Shown here: positions 51,363 through 64,000 of the stretch, one piece after another
Layout of the letters: each line of letters starts with the position of its first letter
Numbering within the stretch: position 1 is the stretch's first letter
Assembly (NCBI RefSeq): GCF_964355755.1
Contig: NC_092680.1
Span: forward strand, 5,952,001-6,016,000
Source: Antedon mediterranea
Lineage: Eukaryota; Animalia; Echinodermata
Reading direction: 5' to 3'
DNA length: 64,000 nucleotides
The notes under the pieces: generated by a model
What the model was told of the DNA's origin: nothing
Databases searched by the model: none
The model's input: only the letters and a program-made list of their open reading frames with translations
Translations under genes and position numbers: made by a program

Positions 51363-52225
51363 AGTGATGAAATAAACTAGATGTTGGACAGGAAGCTTAA
51401 ATAAAAATGCAAAGAAATTATTATATTTTATATTAAAGAACTGTTAGTTGTTTGTGGATGAGTAGGTGATTATGTGCTATTGATAAAATGTATTTATTAA
51501 TGATCATTGGTGCATTGTTACCATAGATTGTCACAATAATATTTGGGAGTGTAGGTGAAATTAATATGGTATATGTAATTATAGATTAGTATGTGGTTAT
51601 CAGCGACTCACTGGTATATTCACATAACATGAATGTGAAGAATGTATTTATAGCCGACTATATATAAAATTGTTGGTGACAAACAATTGTGATTTACAAT
51701 GGCGTAATTTGGAGATGTTTTTTGTTGCCGAAAATTGATTGTGATCGTAGTTAATATTCCAAATCCGGTAGGAGGGAAAATGTTTTTGGATGCGTTTTCA
51801 AGGAAACACCTTATTTTAGAATTAGAATAAGGTTCATTATCCCACATATATTATTTGGCCAATCCATTTTTTCAAAATGAACTGTACACAAATTTAACTG
51901 ATGACAGATGAACCTCGAAGATGCAATAGGATATTTTGATATGTACAAAAAGTGATAATTCTACAAAATGTAGTCTACAAGAAGTAGAATTATGTTTATA
52001 TATGCGTACACATATAGCAGTGGAGTGTTTACAAAATTGTGATAATTGTCTAAAGAGAGTGTTGAAAAATGTGCATTGACACAATGTAAATTAACAATAA
52101 ATTGAAAAGGAAAAGAAAAATACTGATTATATATATAGTTGTTCACTTTTAAAATAATAATTTAACAGTTTGATATTGTTGGGAGAACAACCTAATTGTT
52201 AGAATTTGTAATTCACAAATTCCAA

Positions 52226-52440
52226 TAGGACCCCTATTAAGGGGAAACCTTCCAATTCCAACAAAGTATCCCCTGAATAGGATTTATCTGTAGTGTTAAA
52301 TCATTTCCCCTTGTTCATTTCACAGGAAAGTGGCCTCTCAATAGGAGTGTCCTCTCAATAGGAGTGTCCACTGAATAGGAGTGTCCTCTTAATAGGAGTG
52401 TCCTCTGAATAGGAATGTCCCATAGGAGGGATTCTACTGT
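52226..52440. mobile_element. Tc1/mariner-like MITE remnant with internal AGGAGTGTCCTCT repeats (related piece 48352-48492)
   Basis: Ends ...GAGGGGATTCTACTG|TA and ...GAGGGTTTCTACTG|TA; ~17-bp subterminal repeats. Confidence 0.55.
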
Positions 52441-53498
52441 ACCATAATATTGAGCATTTTGTAAGCACAATAATCAATTATTGTTGGAAATAATAAGGAA
52501 TACATCCAAGTTTTATAATATTATTATGTATGTCAATTGATAATCTAACAACTTATTAATGGTGTATAAATGTGAAGTAGCACCCTAAATGTCTGGTATT
52601 TTTATTCTTCTATCCTATGAGTGTATGAAAGGGGGTGCACCGATGATTAACATACCATTTTGAGTGAGGGAGTGAGGCTAGGTTATTTCAGAGGGCTGAT
52701 TATCAGTAATGATCTGGGAGGGAAGAAGTTGGATAGTGACTTTGTGTGGTGCTTTTTAGATTTATTTTGATTCACGATATAAATAAGAGAAACAATGTAT
52801 ATAAAGGTTTTGTTAAAGCGTCCATTGTCTAATCATACCTTTTTATTTAAATAATATTTATTGATTTTTATAGTTAGTTTATCATTATAGTAATTTTCTT
52901 CAAGAAGTGGAAAAAATTAACAATTTATAAAATAATAATTATTAGTATATTATAGAACTGTATCTTACTGTGAAATGCTACTGGAAGGTCTATGTTTACA
53001 AATTACGTACCAGAAATAATGTGTACATATAATATATACCTAGTAATCATAATTACAATTCTTTTTTGACCGTTCAGATCAGTATAAGTAAAATAAAATA
53101 ACACATCATTTATGATTTTTTTATATCTGTCATACATTAGTTGCTTTATCACAGTTTGTGTATTCACCCATCAGTAGCATTAGAAACTTATAACATGTTT
53201 TATATCATTTACAATATTAATAATATTTTACTGTTTATAGATGATGGTGATGATAATTTTAGTTATGATTTATCCCCCCCTGACACAAATTCAAAATATT
53301 CCTTTGCTTCCAAATAAATGAAGTTCTTAGATGCAAATAAACAGTATCAATGATAAATTACCTAAACTTGTTTCAATTTATGTGTTGTTGACATCGGATA
53401 ACTCAAAACATGTATCCATCCATAACATTTGAGTATGTTTATTTAACACAGTAAAAAAAGAAAAGTACATACTCTACAAATTGTTGCCCTTCTTTTCA

Positions 53499-53820
53499 CC
53501 GTGTGGCGCAGTGTGTTGGACGTTGGACTACCGATCGTCAGACCTAGGTTCGAATCCAACTCTCGCCGCATTGCTTGTATCCGTAGGCAAGATACTTTAC
53601 TTACGTTGCCTCTCTCCACCCAGGTGTATAAATGGGTACCCAGTTAGATCTAGACACAACTTTGCGCTGGTTACCGGCTGCATTATGGGATTATGTTTCC
53701 ATACGTGTTTGATCCCCAAAAAATACTGGGGTAATAATGCTTGTAAAGCGCCTTTGAGCATGATTACTCATGAAAAGAGCGCTATATAAATGTGGTATTA
53801 TTATATATATTATTATTATT
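53499..53820 (+). mobile_element. tRNA-derived SINE with Meta/CORE-like body
   Basis: Box A TGGCGCAGTG, box B GGTTCGAATCC, CTCTCCACCCAGGTGTATAAATGGGTACC, 3' AAGCGCC..GCGCTATATAAAT and (TAT)n tail. Confidence 0.8.
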
Positions 53821-55260
53821 TCACCGGCTCCAAAAAATAAAAAATTCTGCCTGTGCCACACCAGAACCATGGAGTGAGTGAGCCTCGAACCCCTGCCGAT
53901 GTTATGGCTACGTAATTACGGTTCCACTGTCTTAACCGCTCGGCCACTCACTCACTCTAGACAATTTGTTGGCTGTTTTACTTTTCTTTTTGTTTATTTT
54001 ATTTTGTATCTTCATTGAGATTCAGCCACTGATACCCTGATTGTCATTTTCCCATTAATTTACCTTTGGATGTACATATATGGATATTTCAAGCTTCATA
54101 ACAACCAAGTGAATTAAGTATAGTAAGGTAGAGGGAAAATATTGCATAAATGTAATGTTGTCCGTTGTCAGGTGGACTCGCAACTTGTACACATAATTAT
54201 GTAAATATAGGTAATCTTATCAAATTTATTAAGAACATCACTTACATATAATATATAAAATTTCTATTTTTTTTGCATTTAGTATTAAAAATATATTTAA
54301 TAATTAAAAACAATAATATTGTTTATTAATATTATTATTATTACAATTACATGGTATATTCATAAAGTTTCTGTTTTAACAGTTTCTACAAAATTACCTA
54401 TGCATCATAAAAAACATTTTTATTGGAATGACAAATATTTGTTTGAACTAATATATAATATATATAGGTATTATTAAACAAATTGGTCAGATGTTTGTGT
54501 ATAGTTACAATATTGTTAGTTTAATATAAATAGCACGCTGGCATTTACCAATCTTTTTGCTTAAGTCAAGATGACTTAGCAGTGCTTAAGTTAAACTGAA
54601 GATTTATTTTAATCAAACCAGGTCTTAAGGAATGAACTTTTTCATCTAACATTTAAACAAAATTAATATGCACACATTTTTTGCTTAAGTCATTTTGAAA
54701 ACAATGTTAAATGATTTTAGAAAAGTAAGTTTAATAAATCTGACTCAAGCTGCAGTTCTGCACTGCCCTTCCATTTTAATAGTTTAAGTACATTCAAAAT
54801 TCAAATAACTTGTTGTACAAAATTAGTTTACAATGTAAAATATTTTACCATAAACATATTAATATTAAAAATAATAAATATTAATTAAATAATACTTATG
54901 TCAAATGGTGTCCTAGACACTGGATCGGTTTGTAGTATACTATTTATATTATGCAAATCATAATCATCAGCAAGAAATAATAATATATAAAATATACATT
55001 GTAATTGTAGAAAAATATTGTATAGCAATTAGCAGCTTAAAGTGTCACATTCATCAAAAACAACTGATGATACAATTCTATTTCTATGGGCATAACATTT
55101 ATTTGTGTACGTTTTTATTCAAAAACAAAAACAACAGCATATTGTACATACGTCATTGTAGAGAATTATTTAAGATTAAAAGTTAGTACTGTACTATATT
55201 TACTGTGACATTAGGTTCCAGAAACGTTACAGTTTGTGTATATGTGGAGTTTGTGAAGTA

Positions 55261-55878
55261 CTGTGACATCAGGCTCCAGTGTGTCAATTACTGTGACATC
55301 AGGCTCCAGTGTGTCAATTACTGTGACATCAGGTTCCAGTGTGTCAATTACTGTGACATCAGGTTGCAGTGTGTCAATTACTGTGACATCAGGTTCCAGT
55401 GTGTCAATTACTGTGACATCAGGTTGCAGTGTGTTAATTACTGTGACATCAGGTTGCAGTGTGTTAATTACTGTGACATCAGGTTCCAGTGTGTCAATTG
55501 CTGTGACATCAGGTTCCAGTGTGTCAATTACTGTGACATCAGGTTGCAGTGTGTTAATTACTGTGACATCAGGTTCCAGTGTGTCAATTGCTGTGACATC
55601 AGGTTCCAGTGTGTCAATTACTGTGACATCAGGTTTCAGTATGTCAATTGCTGTGACATCAGGTTCCAGTGTGTCAATTACTGTGACATCAGGTTTCAGT
55701 ATGTCAATTGCTGTGACATCAGGTTCCAGTGTGTCAATTGCTGTGACATCAGGTTCCAGTGTGTCAATTACTGTGACATCAGGTTGCAGTGTCAATTACT
55801 GTGACATCAGGTTCCAGTGTGTCAATTACTGTGACGTCAGGTTCCAGTGTGTCAATTACTGTGACATCAGGTTCCAGT
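55261..55878. repeat. 30-bp minisatellite, ~20 copies (CTGTGACATCAGGTTCCAGTGTGTCAATTA)
   Basis: Exact 30-bp periodicity is visible; one 2-bp deletion near 55790. Confidence 0.97.
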
Positions 55879-56084
55879 TTATTTAACTAAAGTGTATGTA
55901 AGCTAGTGTAATAACCAGATGAGGCTATCGGTACAGTCAAACATGCATGTACGTTCAACTATGCCGATAGTCAATGGTCAACTGTGCATTTAATATTAGG
56001 TTCCAGTTTATTAATTACTGTGTAACAGAATTCAACACAGTTCAATGTTGTCTACTACTGTGGCTTTAGGTAGTAGTAGTTAAT

Positions 56085-59000
56085 TTAGCTGTAAAGTTGT
56101 GTTTCATCTTGACTGGCGGTAAAGCTTCGTGAATAACTTTTTCTTCTTTTTTTAGACTTTCTGCTACCAAGACTAACACTCTGAAAAGAAAGAATAGAAA
56201 ATGATTTTCATTCAAAATTACCATAAAAGCAATTTTACTATTTCTACAATTGCAATAATTGATGTAATTTTTTCAGAATGTTCTAGTTGCCTTTTTAATA
56301 ATAATTTTTACATTTATTACTACCCAATATTTGTTTATTTCAATATTTAAAAAAATTTCTAAGGAAAGACACATTGCCCAAATTTGGTTCTCTTTACTTG
56401 TGTGTATAAAACTGTTTTGATACCACTTCAAAAATTGAATACCACTTTATTCATTTGAAAACTAACCTCAATTTCTGTTGATGACTCGTGCATTGAACAA
56501 TCATGTTCACTGGATTCGTAAGTTAGACGGATAGTCTCGTCTGAAATGATGATCTCTTCAGTCATCTGGCATCCAACCAGAAAGAATAGAAGAGCCGAAA
56601 TCAGGTATGAAGTCGGAACAATGGTCATTAGAGCATATCCCATACCCATTCCACAGGAATCCCAGTGCGAATGTTTCAAAATAAGTGGAACCTATGTATA
56701 ATAAAAAGATATATAAAATAGAAATATTTATACAGAACAGTATGCATTTTAATTATGATTTTTATAAGGAAGGAAAGAAAACATTACTCTTCTTAAATAA
56801 AAAAGAGCAGGGCATTGTCTTTTGGCGTAGCCTTATTGCGGTAGTTACTACACTGTGCTGCGAGAGACCTTGAATTGTGTCAGTTGCAAGTAATATATAC
56901 TTTACGTTTAAAGCATTCTTACAAAGCAAAATATATTATGGAAGATACTGTACTAAGTGGAGCATCTGTAAATCTTTCCATTACCATCATCCAGAATTAG
57001 TTTCATTATCTACATCTCTTTACATAAATCCATGCAATAATCAATTCCTTCCACTACAGAAAATGGAACCCTATTTTCATATGTACAGTACAACTGTGGC
57101 TTGATTATATACTAGTTAAACCACTTTGCTTACCAATGATGGTCCAATGCTTCCACCAATTATAGTACCCACAGCAATATATACAGCTGATGCCTGGGCC
57201 CTGAGACTTGGCGCAAACAGATCCTGTGATATAATGAAATAAAACAATAACTTTAATAATAAACTTACATAAACTATACCTAAAATAGATACACAGTAAT
57301 ATTCATGTTCAAAAATCTTACAAACTGAAATTGTTTTCTTGGTATGAATGTGTGAAAGAATTGCTTGTTACATCAATGTGAGTTCTTGGAAAAATTTGGT
57401 AGACCTGCATCTGCAGCCTGTGAGGCCTGCATCTGTGCATATCTTCCTAATGTCTAATAATGTTAACTATAGTATTACACCGTGACAAACTAGTGTTGTG
57501 AAAGTTAAGTAAGTTTGTCTGGGGAGATATCAATTTGTTAGATAACATTTGTGTTGCACACACATGTGAATTGGATACAGGATACACACCTGTACAATGG
57601 CAGCTGAGCATCCAACCCAAGTCTCAGCAGTTAAGTAGGCTAGGAACAGAAGTCCATATGAGGCAGTCACATCAGGCACAATGAGTGGAGCAACTACACA
57701 AGGTGCTGCTACTATTTGACTGACAGCTATAACGTAAGCCTTTGCCGGTCGGTTGTTTGTTGAATACCTGAAATATATATTTGATAAAACTGTAAAATGG
57801 TTTTTAAAACCTAATTTTCAGTTTCTAAAATTTTAACAGACAGATAACAGCAAGATTTTGGATATATTTTGCATGACCTGTGTCTTTTGTTAAGGGTGCC
57901 ATTTATTTTCATTGTTTTGGATATACAAAGAAAATCCAGTTTACCATTACTACTAGGCCTGGCTCCTTTTGGTTAACTCAAGGTAAACAAATACATTGGT
58001 GATGCATATTGATATATTATAATAATCATTGTAAATCATCTTCATAATTTTATATAACATTTTGTTCTTTTACCTGTCTGCAAGGTAGCCACCAATTAAA
58101 CAACCTGTTGTTCCCCCAAAGAGAACCACAAGACCAATGTTTACACCATAATCAACCGAAGTTTGCCCAAAGCGTCTACTATAGAATGTGGCCAGCCAAG
58201 TACCTAGGGCGTAACCACCTATTTCACGTATTGCTGCAGCTGACGTCAAAATAACATATGCCTTTGTAGTCATAAGTAGCACAACCGTTTCCTAAAAAGT
58301 AGTTCATCAATATTTTTAAATTTTATCCCTGTTCTACTATAGAGCATTTTGCCACAATGCTAAGGGATACTGTACTAGCATGTGAGAGGCTAAAGACCTG
58401 TCATATGCCATATTGCAGGCATCCTTAGGTAAGACACTTTACTCTCATTTCCTTGTCCTTAAAATGGGATTCAGCCATTAGTCTCTTGTATGCAATTCAC
58501 ATGTGCATGATAAAAAGTAAGAAGCTGGTGTGCCCCTCAATTTTTGATTAAACTTACATTTACATTCAGCGTATTTATGTTTATATGCTGTCACGGATGA
58601 ATAATATCTGCACAGAAAAGTGTTATACCTTAATACTGTATGATCCATATTGCAGTAGTGAGGTCGATTCCCCTTGAGTCTCACGTAGAACGAATGCAGC
58701 TATTAACACCATAAGGAAGCCAAGAATGGACAGACTAAAAAATACCCATCGCCAACAAATAACTGAATTTAAAGCACCTAGACCATATCCTATAGCACCA
58801 CCTATAACAATGATTTAAAAATTACATAAAATTGAATGTTAACAATTATTTCTAAACATGCAGTAAGAAAAACAAAACTATTTATTTGGAACATGGGAAA
58901 AGAAATGAGCTTGGAGGTAGAGCTGTAGTTTGGTGGACTAATAGTCCTGCCTTGCAATCCCAGGCTTAAAACCTGATCTATTGACCAGGGTCGTAACAAA

Positions 59001-62000
59001 CAGCTGTTTCTACTACACTCTAAAGCTCAGTCTATACTATCAATGTAATGTGCCCATATATGGACACGATGTTATACTGTACTACCATACAGCACCTTTT
59101 TTGTCAAAACTAGTTTGATAGTGCAGACAGAGCTTCAGCCTCAAACAAGACTTTTTTTTAAGCATGATAAAGTTCTGTAGTGGTGAGTAACTTGCGGTGC
59201 TGTTGGATGGGTATGAAATAAAAAAAATATAGTAAATCTAAACTTGCCCAAATAAATTCCGAAGTGATAAAATGATAAAGCTTTGGCTCTGTGCAGTGGC
59301 AAGAAGTAATCTGCAATGAGTGAGTAGGCTGCTGGGTTACACGTTGCCTGTATGACAAAAAAAGTTAATCTTCATTTTTAAACATGCCAAATATTAAACA
59401 AGTACGAAAAATTGTACGGTAAAAAAAAAGTATGGTAAAAGTGTATTTATACCTCGGGAATCTATAGTAAACAATGTAAAGTGTTTTCTAAACTTGGCAT
59501 ATGCAGATGCGCTTGTGGAAAGGCATGCTACTTTAGGAACCAAAGGGGGTCTAGTAGTACCGCCTAAATGGACAAGTTATACACTATTTGGTTTTTGTAC
59601 AAATCAATCAGAAGAAATTGGAGCTGTAGCTTGGTGGTTAACATGTTTGCTTCTAAATCTTAAGGTCCATGGTTCAATCCTGACCTAGTGCTAGGGAAAA
59701 AAATTAATGGGAGATCACTTGAAATATCGAGAAACTCTTTTGATTATCCGGAGACTCATGATGCCAGTTAAATTTTAAGCTAAAGAATTCTGATTACCTC
59801 TCCAATTCCTAGCATCATTCTGGAGAGTAATAATTCCCAGAAGGTCTTAGCAAATCCAGTGAAAAACACCATTAGACTCCAGAAGAAGCATCCAACCAGT
59901 AGTACTACAACACGAGACGTTTTGTCAGCCACACGTGCCAATGGGATTCCTGCTACAGTGTACATGACGGTAAACGCAACCCCAGTCAGAATTCCTTGCT
60001 GGAAAGTAACAAGAAAGATTTAATATTTACTTTTTTAAAATTTGGACTCAAGATATTTAGAGGGTTAAGTTTTAAAGTTCTGAATTTAAAACAAAAATCA
60101 AAACAAAACCAGAAACCTGCTTGTACTGTAACTAAATAATAATTTTCTATGATCATCTTCGGGTCATAATTGTAAACTGTTTTGAAATTTTTCAGTTTTT
60201 TAACTTTCCTGCCTCCCACTTAATAATAATAATAATAATAGTTTACAAACTTGAACTGACTGACTGACAAATGTTCAGTAATGGGTAGATTGTATAAGTA
60301 TGATATTATGTATATTATTGTCTAATATGTTTAGACGCATCGAAAGCATCAGACAAGCTAGCAACATTCACTTTTACTCTTCTCACTCTTTCTCTTTCAA
60401 TATTGTCTCTTTCAATTTGGTACTGCAATTTCGCAAGCTCTAATTCTACATCTACTTTTTCCTTTGCCTGCTCCATTTCCATAATGATTCTTTGTTTAAA
60501 TTATCAATTTCCATCTTAGCCATCTGTAATTCTAAGTGGTTAAGGTCGCAAACTATAGACATGAAATTCTACCTCGATCAAAGTACTAGTGGTAGAACAA
60601 GTCTTCTCAGAAAGGACTTAAAATTGGAGGTTCAGTGTACACATCTGGCTGGTGTGCATTTTAATGAACTCCAGTGCTTTGGGAGTTGGAAAGTTTCGTT
60701 TATTTCGTTTATTTATTTTTTCCACTCACTTATATATATATATATATATCATTTACATTTACATAACATAACATATATTAAATGTGGGTGGATGGAAGTC
60801 ACAGTAAGTTCACTGAACTTTAAGTCGTGACTCCCGTATGCCTAAGTATACTAACATTGCTACAGAGTAGACTGAAATATAAATATATAATAGTGAAAGT
60901 ACATAAAATAAAGAAATAAAAAAAAATTTAAATTATAGAAGTTAAGATAAACCAGGCAATTATATAATATATGATAAAAGGGATAATGATAACAATTAGA
61001 GTACAATATGAAATATAATTAAATATGGTATAATAACAAGTATAACGATACAATGTAGCGGAGATTATTGAATACCAGGGTGAAGGATTTAATGCCATGT
61101 ATCACCACCAAATAAATAAGGATAAAAGATCGGCGAAAATTTATGTAGCATATTCTGACACCATTTTGTGTTTGAAATTAGATTTAAAACTAGAAAAGGA
61201 AGATTTCTGTTTAAGTTCATTTGAGAGTGAAGTCCAAAGTTTGGGACCAAAATAATACATAGAAAATCGTCGAGCCTTAACATTTAAATTATCAAGGATA
61301 TAATTGTTAACAGAGGATCGGGTTTTATAGGAATGGCGTTCGTCAATTCTTGTAAATAAAGCATTAAAATGTGAAGGCAGTAAATTGTTAGATAAACGGT
61401 ACATAAATGAGGCAACTTGTAATTTATTTAAATCATAAATGTTTAAAACGTTAAATCTTTTAAAAAGTAATTTTGTATGGGCTCTAAATGATTCTCCCGC
61501 GCAAATCCGAAGTGCACGTTTTTGTAGTTTAAAAAGGCGGTCAATTTGAGTTTTCTCTAGACTTGTCCAGGGGCATAACGTATTAAATTTATCTAGAGTA
61601 ATTGCCCAACATAAATTGGCATAAGAAAGGTAAGGCAAAACTAAAGTATTATAAAGGGTTAATAAGGTTTTTTGAGGGAAGATATGTTTTAATTTGTTCA
61701 ATATTCCAACATTTCTAGAAACTAGATTACTGATTTTATTTATATGTAGTTTCCAAGTCAGAGAGGCATCTATGGTTACTCCTAAAAATTGGGTTTCATT
61801 AACTCGTTTGATCATTTTATTATCAATGTATATTTGTTCATTTAAAGAATTTAAAGAAAAGTCACACTTGTCTTCTGGTCCACCTCAAAACTCTGTAATT
61901 TTGGACAGATGAATGAGCACTGTTTGGGCCCTTAAGGGATAAGGAAGGTCTGTGCGGTGCAAATCAGTCCATTTAAGCTGCAAAGCAGGTTATTACTCCA

Positions 62001-63009
62001 CATTTACATCATATTTGAAATATATTCTATTTCATGTGGAGTATTTTATAAAACTTGACTTCTTAAGCTCTGTCTACACTATCAAACTAGTTTGATGAAA
62101 AAGGTGTAATGTCTATATATGGGCACATCACATTGTTTTGTCAGAATGTAAACTGGCATAATTGTACAGTATAAATAATGAAACATGGTTAAAGTAGATT
62201 CTATTTTACCTGGGTGTCATCAAACTCTATACAGTCTTCAGGATCACAATTTTGGAATGTAGCGTTATACATACTGTGACTGACACACTGATGATCACTA
62301 CTGTTGTATGAACATCGTAAGCCTGAAATTAGTTATATATTTATTAAGCTCTGTCTACACTATCAAACTAGTTTGACAAAAATGGTGTCATGTGCACAAA
62401 TAGTGTAGTGATATTCCCAAATATGGAAGTGATATGACATCATCATTGTTAGGGGCACATTACATTTTTTTTTCACAAAAAGTTTGATAGTGTAGACAGA
62501 GCTTTAGTAATATTATTTACCAATATCTATTTATTCTATCAGTTATTCTATCAGTTATTCGAAAAATTTATGACATAAATAATAAAATGATATGCAGTCA
62601 ACTCTGCCTCAATTCGGGACACACCTGATCTGGTCTAAAAAGTCTGGTTTTCCAGAATTTCTCGTTCTAGATAAGTTGTTGGACCCTTCTAAAGGTCTTT
62701 TAGGTACCGTTTATGAATTTCAATCAGGAGCACCTAGGAAATACTTTTGCCAGAAACGATACACTCTAGATCTTTTTACAGTATTTTGAAAATATGAATA
62801 AGTGCAGAAAACATGAAAGTTTTTTTAAAAATAGGGGACCAATTTTTTAGGAACAAACCTGCAGGTATCAGGACTGGGAGAACTTGGCGATCTGTTTGAT
62901 TTAACACGTACACAAAAAACAATACAACTAAAGAGATGATGGCACGCTTCAATGAGGGAATGCTGATGGTTGATTCATCATGGTATTCTCTTGAAGTCTG
63001 AGTCCCCAT
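56085..63009 (-). CDS. Spinster-like MFS transporter. complement(join(56085..56180,56467..56691,57134..57223,57590..57767,58074..58291,58629..58801,59248..59347,59798..59998,62210..62322,62859..63009)), 1545 nt, 514 aa
   Basis: TM1 YVLNQTDRQVLPVLI; GILTGVAFTVMYTVAGIPLARVADKTSR (motif A-like); RMMLGIGEATCNPAAYSLIADYF; WRWVF; GGYLADR. All phases are consistent, and there is a Cys-rich loop after TM1. Confidence 0.9.
60370..60550 (-). mobile_element. Possible degenerate Gypsy-type Gag coiled-coil fragment
   Basis: Minus strand reads EKVDVELELAKLQYQIERDNIERERVRRVK with frame disruption; no splice fit to the MFS gene. Confidence 0.3.
60692..61860 (-). mobile_element. 5'-truncated CR1/L2-group LINE (ORF2 C-terminal part, 3' UTR, microsatellite-like tail) in an MFS intron
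   Basis: ORF 61141-61815: FLGVTIDASLTWKLHI..LLTLYNTLVLPYLSY..W..LQKRALRI..HSYKTR..GPKLWTSL..FKSNFK, typical of the post-RT region. Confidence 0.9.
62347..62503. mobile_element. MITE H1 copy in an MFS intron
   Basis: Complete TIRs with TTA flanks. Confidence 0.88.
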
Positions 63010-63473
63010 GTTTGTGGTAAGTTGTCAGTGACTTGTAAGGCTGAATGAATGTTTTTTAGATGATTGAATCAGCATGCTCTGCCATCTTCATTTACACTCT
63101 CTGTTGACTTGGATTGGAGGAATCTATCTTATACTGTAATCTAATAAGACAAAGGTAGTAAATGTGAGTAAAAAAGATTGTAAGTTAGAATTCAATATTA
63201 ATTATAAGGAGTTTTTATTTGCGACGTTTCCTGCTAGTGCTGACATACACAATTCCCCTTTTACATAACAATAGATTATGAGTCATTATCACCCATCACA
63301 AGGCCTATTAACCACCCAGCAGTGTTTGTTCTATCTACTACTACTAGAAAGGTCCAGCTATCCTTGCCTAGCTAGAAGGCCTACCTACTTTTTTCTCTCC
63401 TTGTACCTACCATTTTCTTTAATAAAAAGCTGAGCTCCTTCAAGTAGATCAATTTATATAGCATTCAACTTAC

Positions 63474-63870
63474 TCATTGTAATAACATGTTTGCACCTTG
63501 AAGTATTGTAAATAAATGTTCGCTTCGTCCAAAATTGTACAACGCCACCATTTTTTTAGGTTGAGAGTGTTCAGATAAAGGTCACACACTGAATAAATAG
63601 TGGGAGAAATGTCAACAGAAAGTGAACTAGGCCTAGGAGGCCTAGATACTAGGCTAGGCCTATCTATTATTAATAAATAGGTACAAATCAACTAAGATTA
63701 GATTCTATACTGTATTACTGTATTGATATTTAAAATCGAAAATGTACAATGTACTAAAAAACTATAAAATGACATTGTTGTTTTTCGGGATTTCCCTCTG
63801 CCTCGTTTTCAAAAGTATGATTACGTAATGACATTTTGCTGAGATGAGAAGAGAAACACTCCCACAAACA
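63474..63870 (-). promoter_or_regulatory. Candidate 5' non-coding exon and promoter of the MFS gene (shared bidirectional promoter)
   Basis: Minus-strand donor GA|gtaagt at 63474/63473 and acceptor ttattag| at 63141/63140. CpG-richer region with palindrome ATTACGTAAT near 63820. Confidence 0.4.
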
Positions 63871-63878
63871 AACACAAC

Positions 63879-63926
63879 ATGGCGGGCATCTTTAAACGTC
63901 TGCTACAACCAAGTCGAGTGTTAACT
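63879..63926 (+). CDS. Probable first coding exon of a divergent gene (MAGIFKRLLQPSRVLT), mitochondrial transit peptide-like
   Basis: aacATGGCG start context; basic/hydroxylated peptide with no acidic residues; donor ACT|gtacgt. The gene would run off the window end. Confidence 0.45.
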
Positions 63927-64000
63927 GTACGTTATACGTTGTATATTAACAATAGGCTACGTTTCACACATGTTTAGTTATTTAGTGATTCAACATTACT

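Noticed and set aside
55261-55878. CRISPR-like periodicity
   Set aside because: Head-to-tail repeats with no unique spacers, eukaryotic context, no cas genes.
55205-55886. Three long ORFs (VNYCDIRFQC, PDVTVIDTLE and TVTSGSSVSI repeats)
   Set aside because: By-products of a stop-poor 30-bp minisatellite; no ATG starts or splice context, and a 2-bp deletion breaks the frame.
60318-60358. Possible hammerhead (GAAAGCATC with TGTCT/AGACA stem)
   Set aside because: The CUGANGA core is absent.

Overview
AT-rich, intron-rich eukaryotic DNA from an invertebrate animal (SINE types and gene structure fit a marine invertebrate, possibly an echinoderm; not provable here). It contains two spliced protein-coding genes in convergent orientation. 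(1) On +, a Mint/X11/LIN-10 (APBA) adaptor: 11 coding exons at 13726-50851, about 1465 aa, with a ~3 kb exon encoding an acidic disordered N-terminus, then PTB and two PDZ domains. (2) On -, a spinster-like MFS transporter: 10 coding exons at 56085-63009, about 514 aa, with one GC-AG intron. A probable third, divergent gene starts at 63879. Introns carry many MITEs (PIF/Harbinger-, Tc2-, Tc1/mariner- and P-like), tRNA- and 5S-derived SINEs, a CR1/L2-group LINE fragment and tandem repeats. Most notable: a set of phase-matched candidate alternative first exons and a 27-nt microexon in APBA; Penelope-type minimal hammerhead ribozymes; and two kinds of DNA-transposon excision footprints (short CA..TG palindromes with 7-bp duplications, and TA-to-TACAGTA/TACTGTA scars seen by comparing repeat copies). 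All calls were read by eye; no searches were run.
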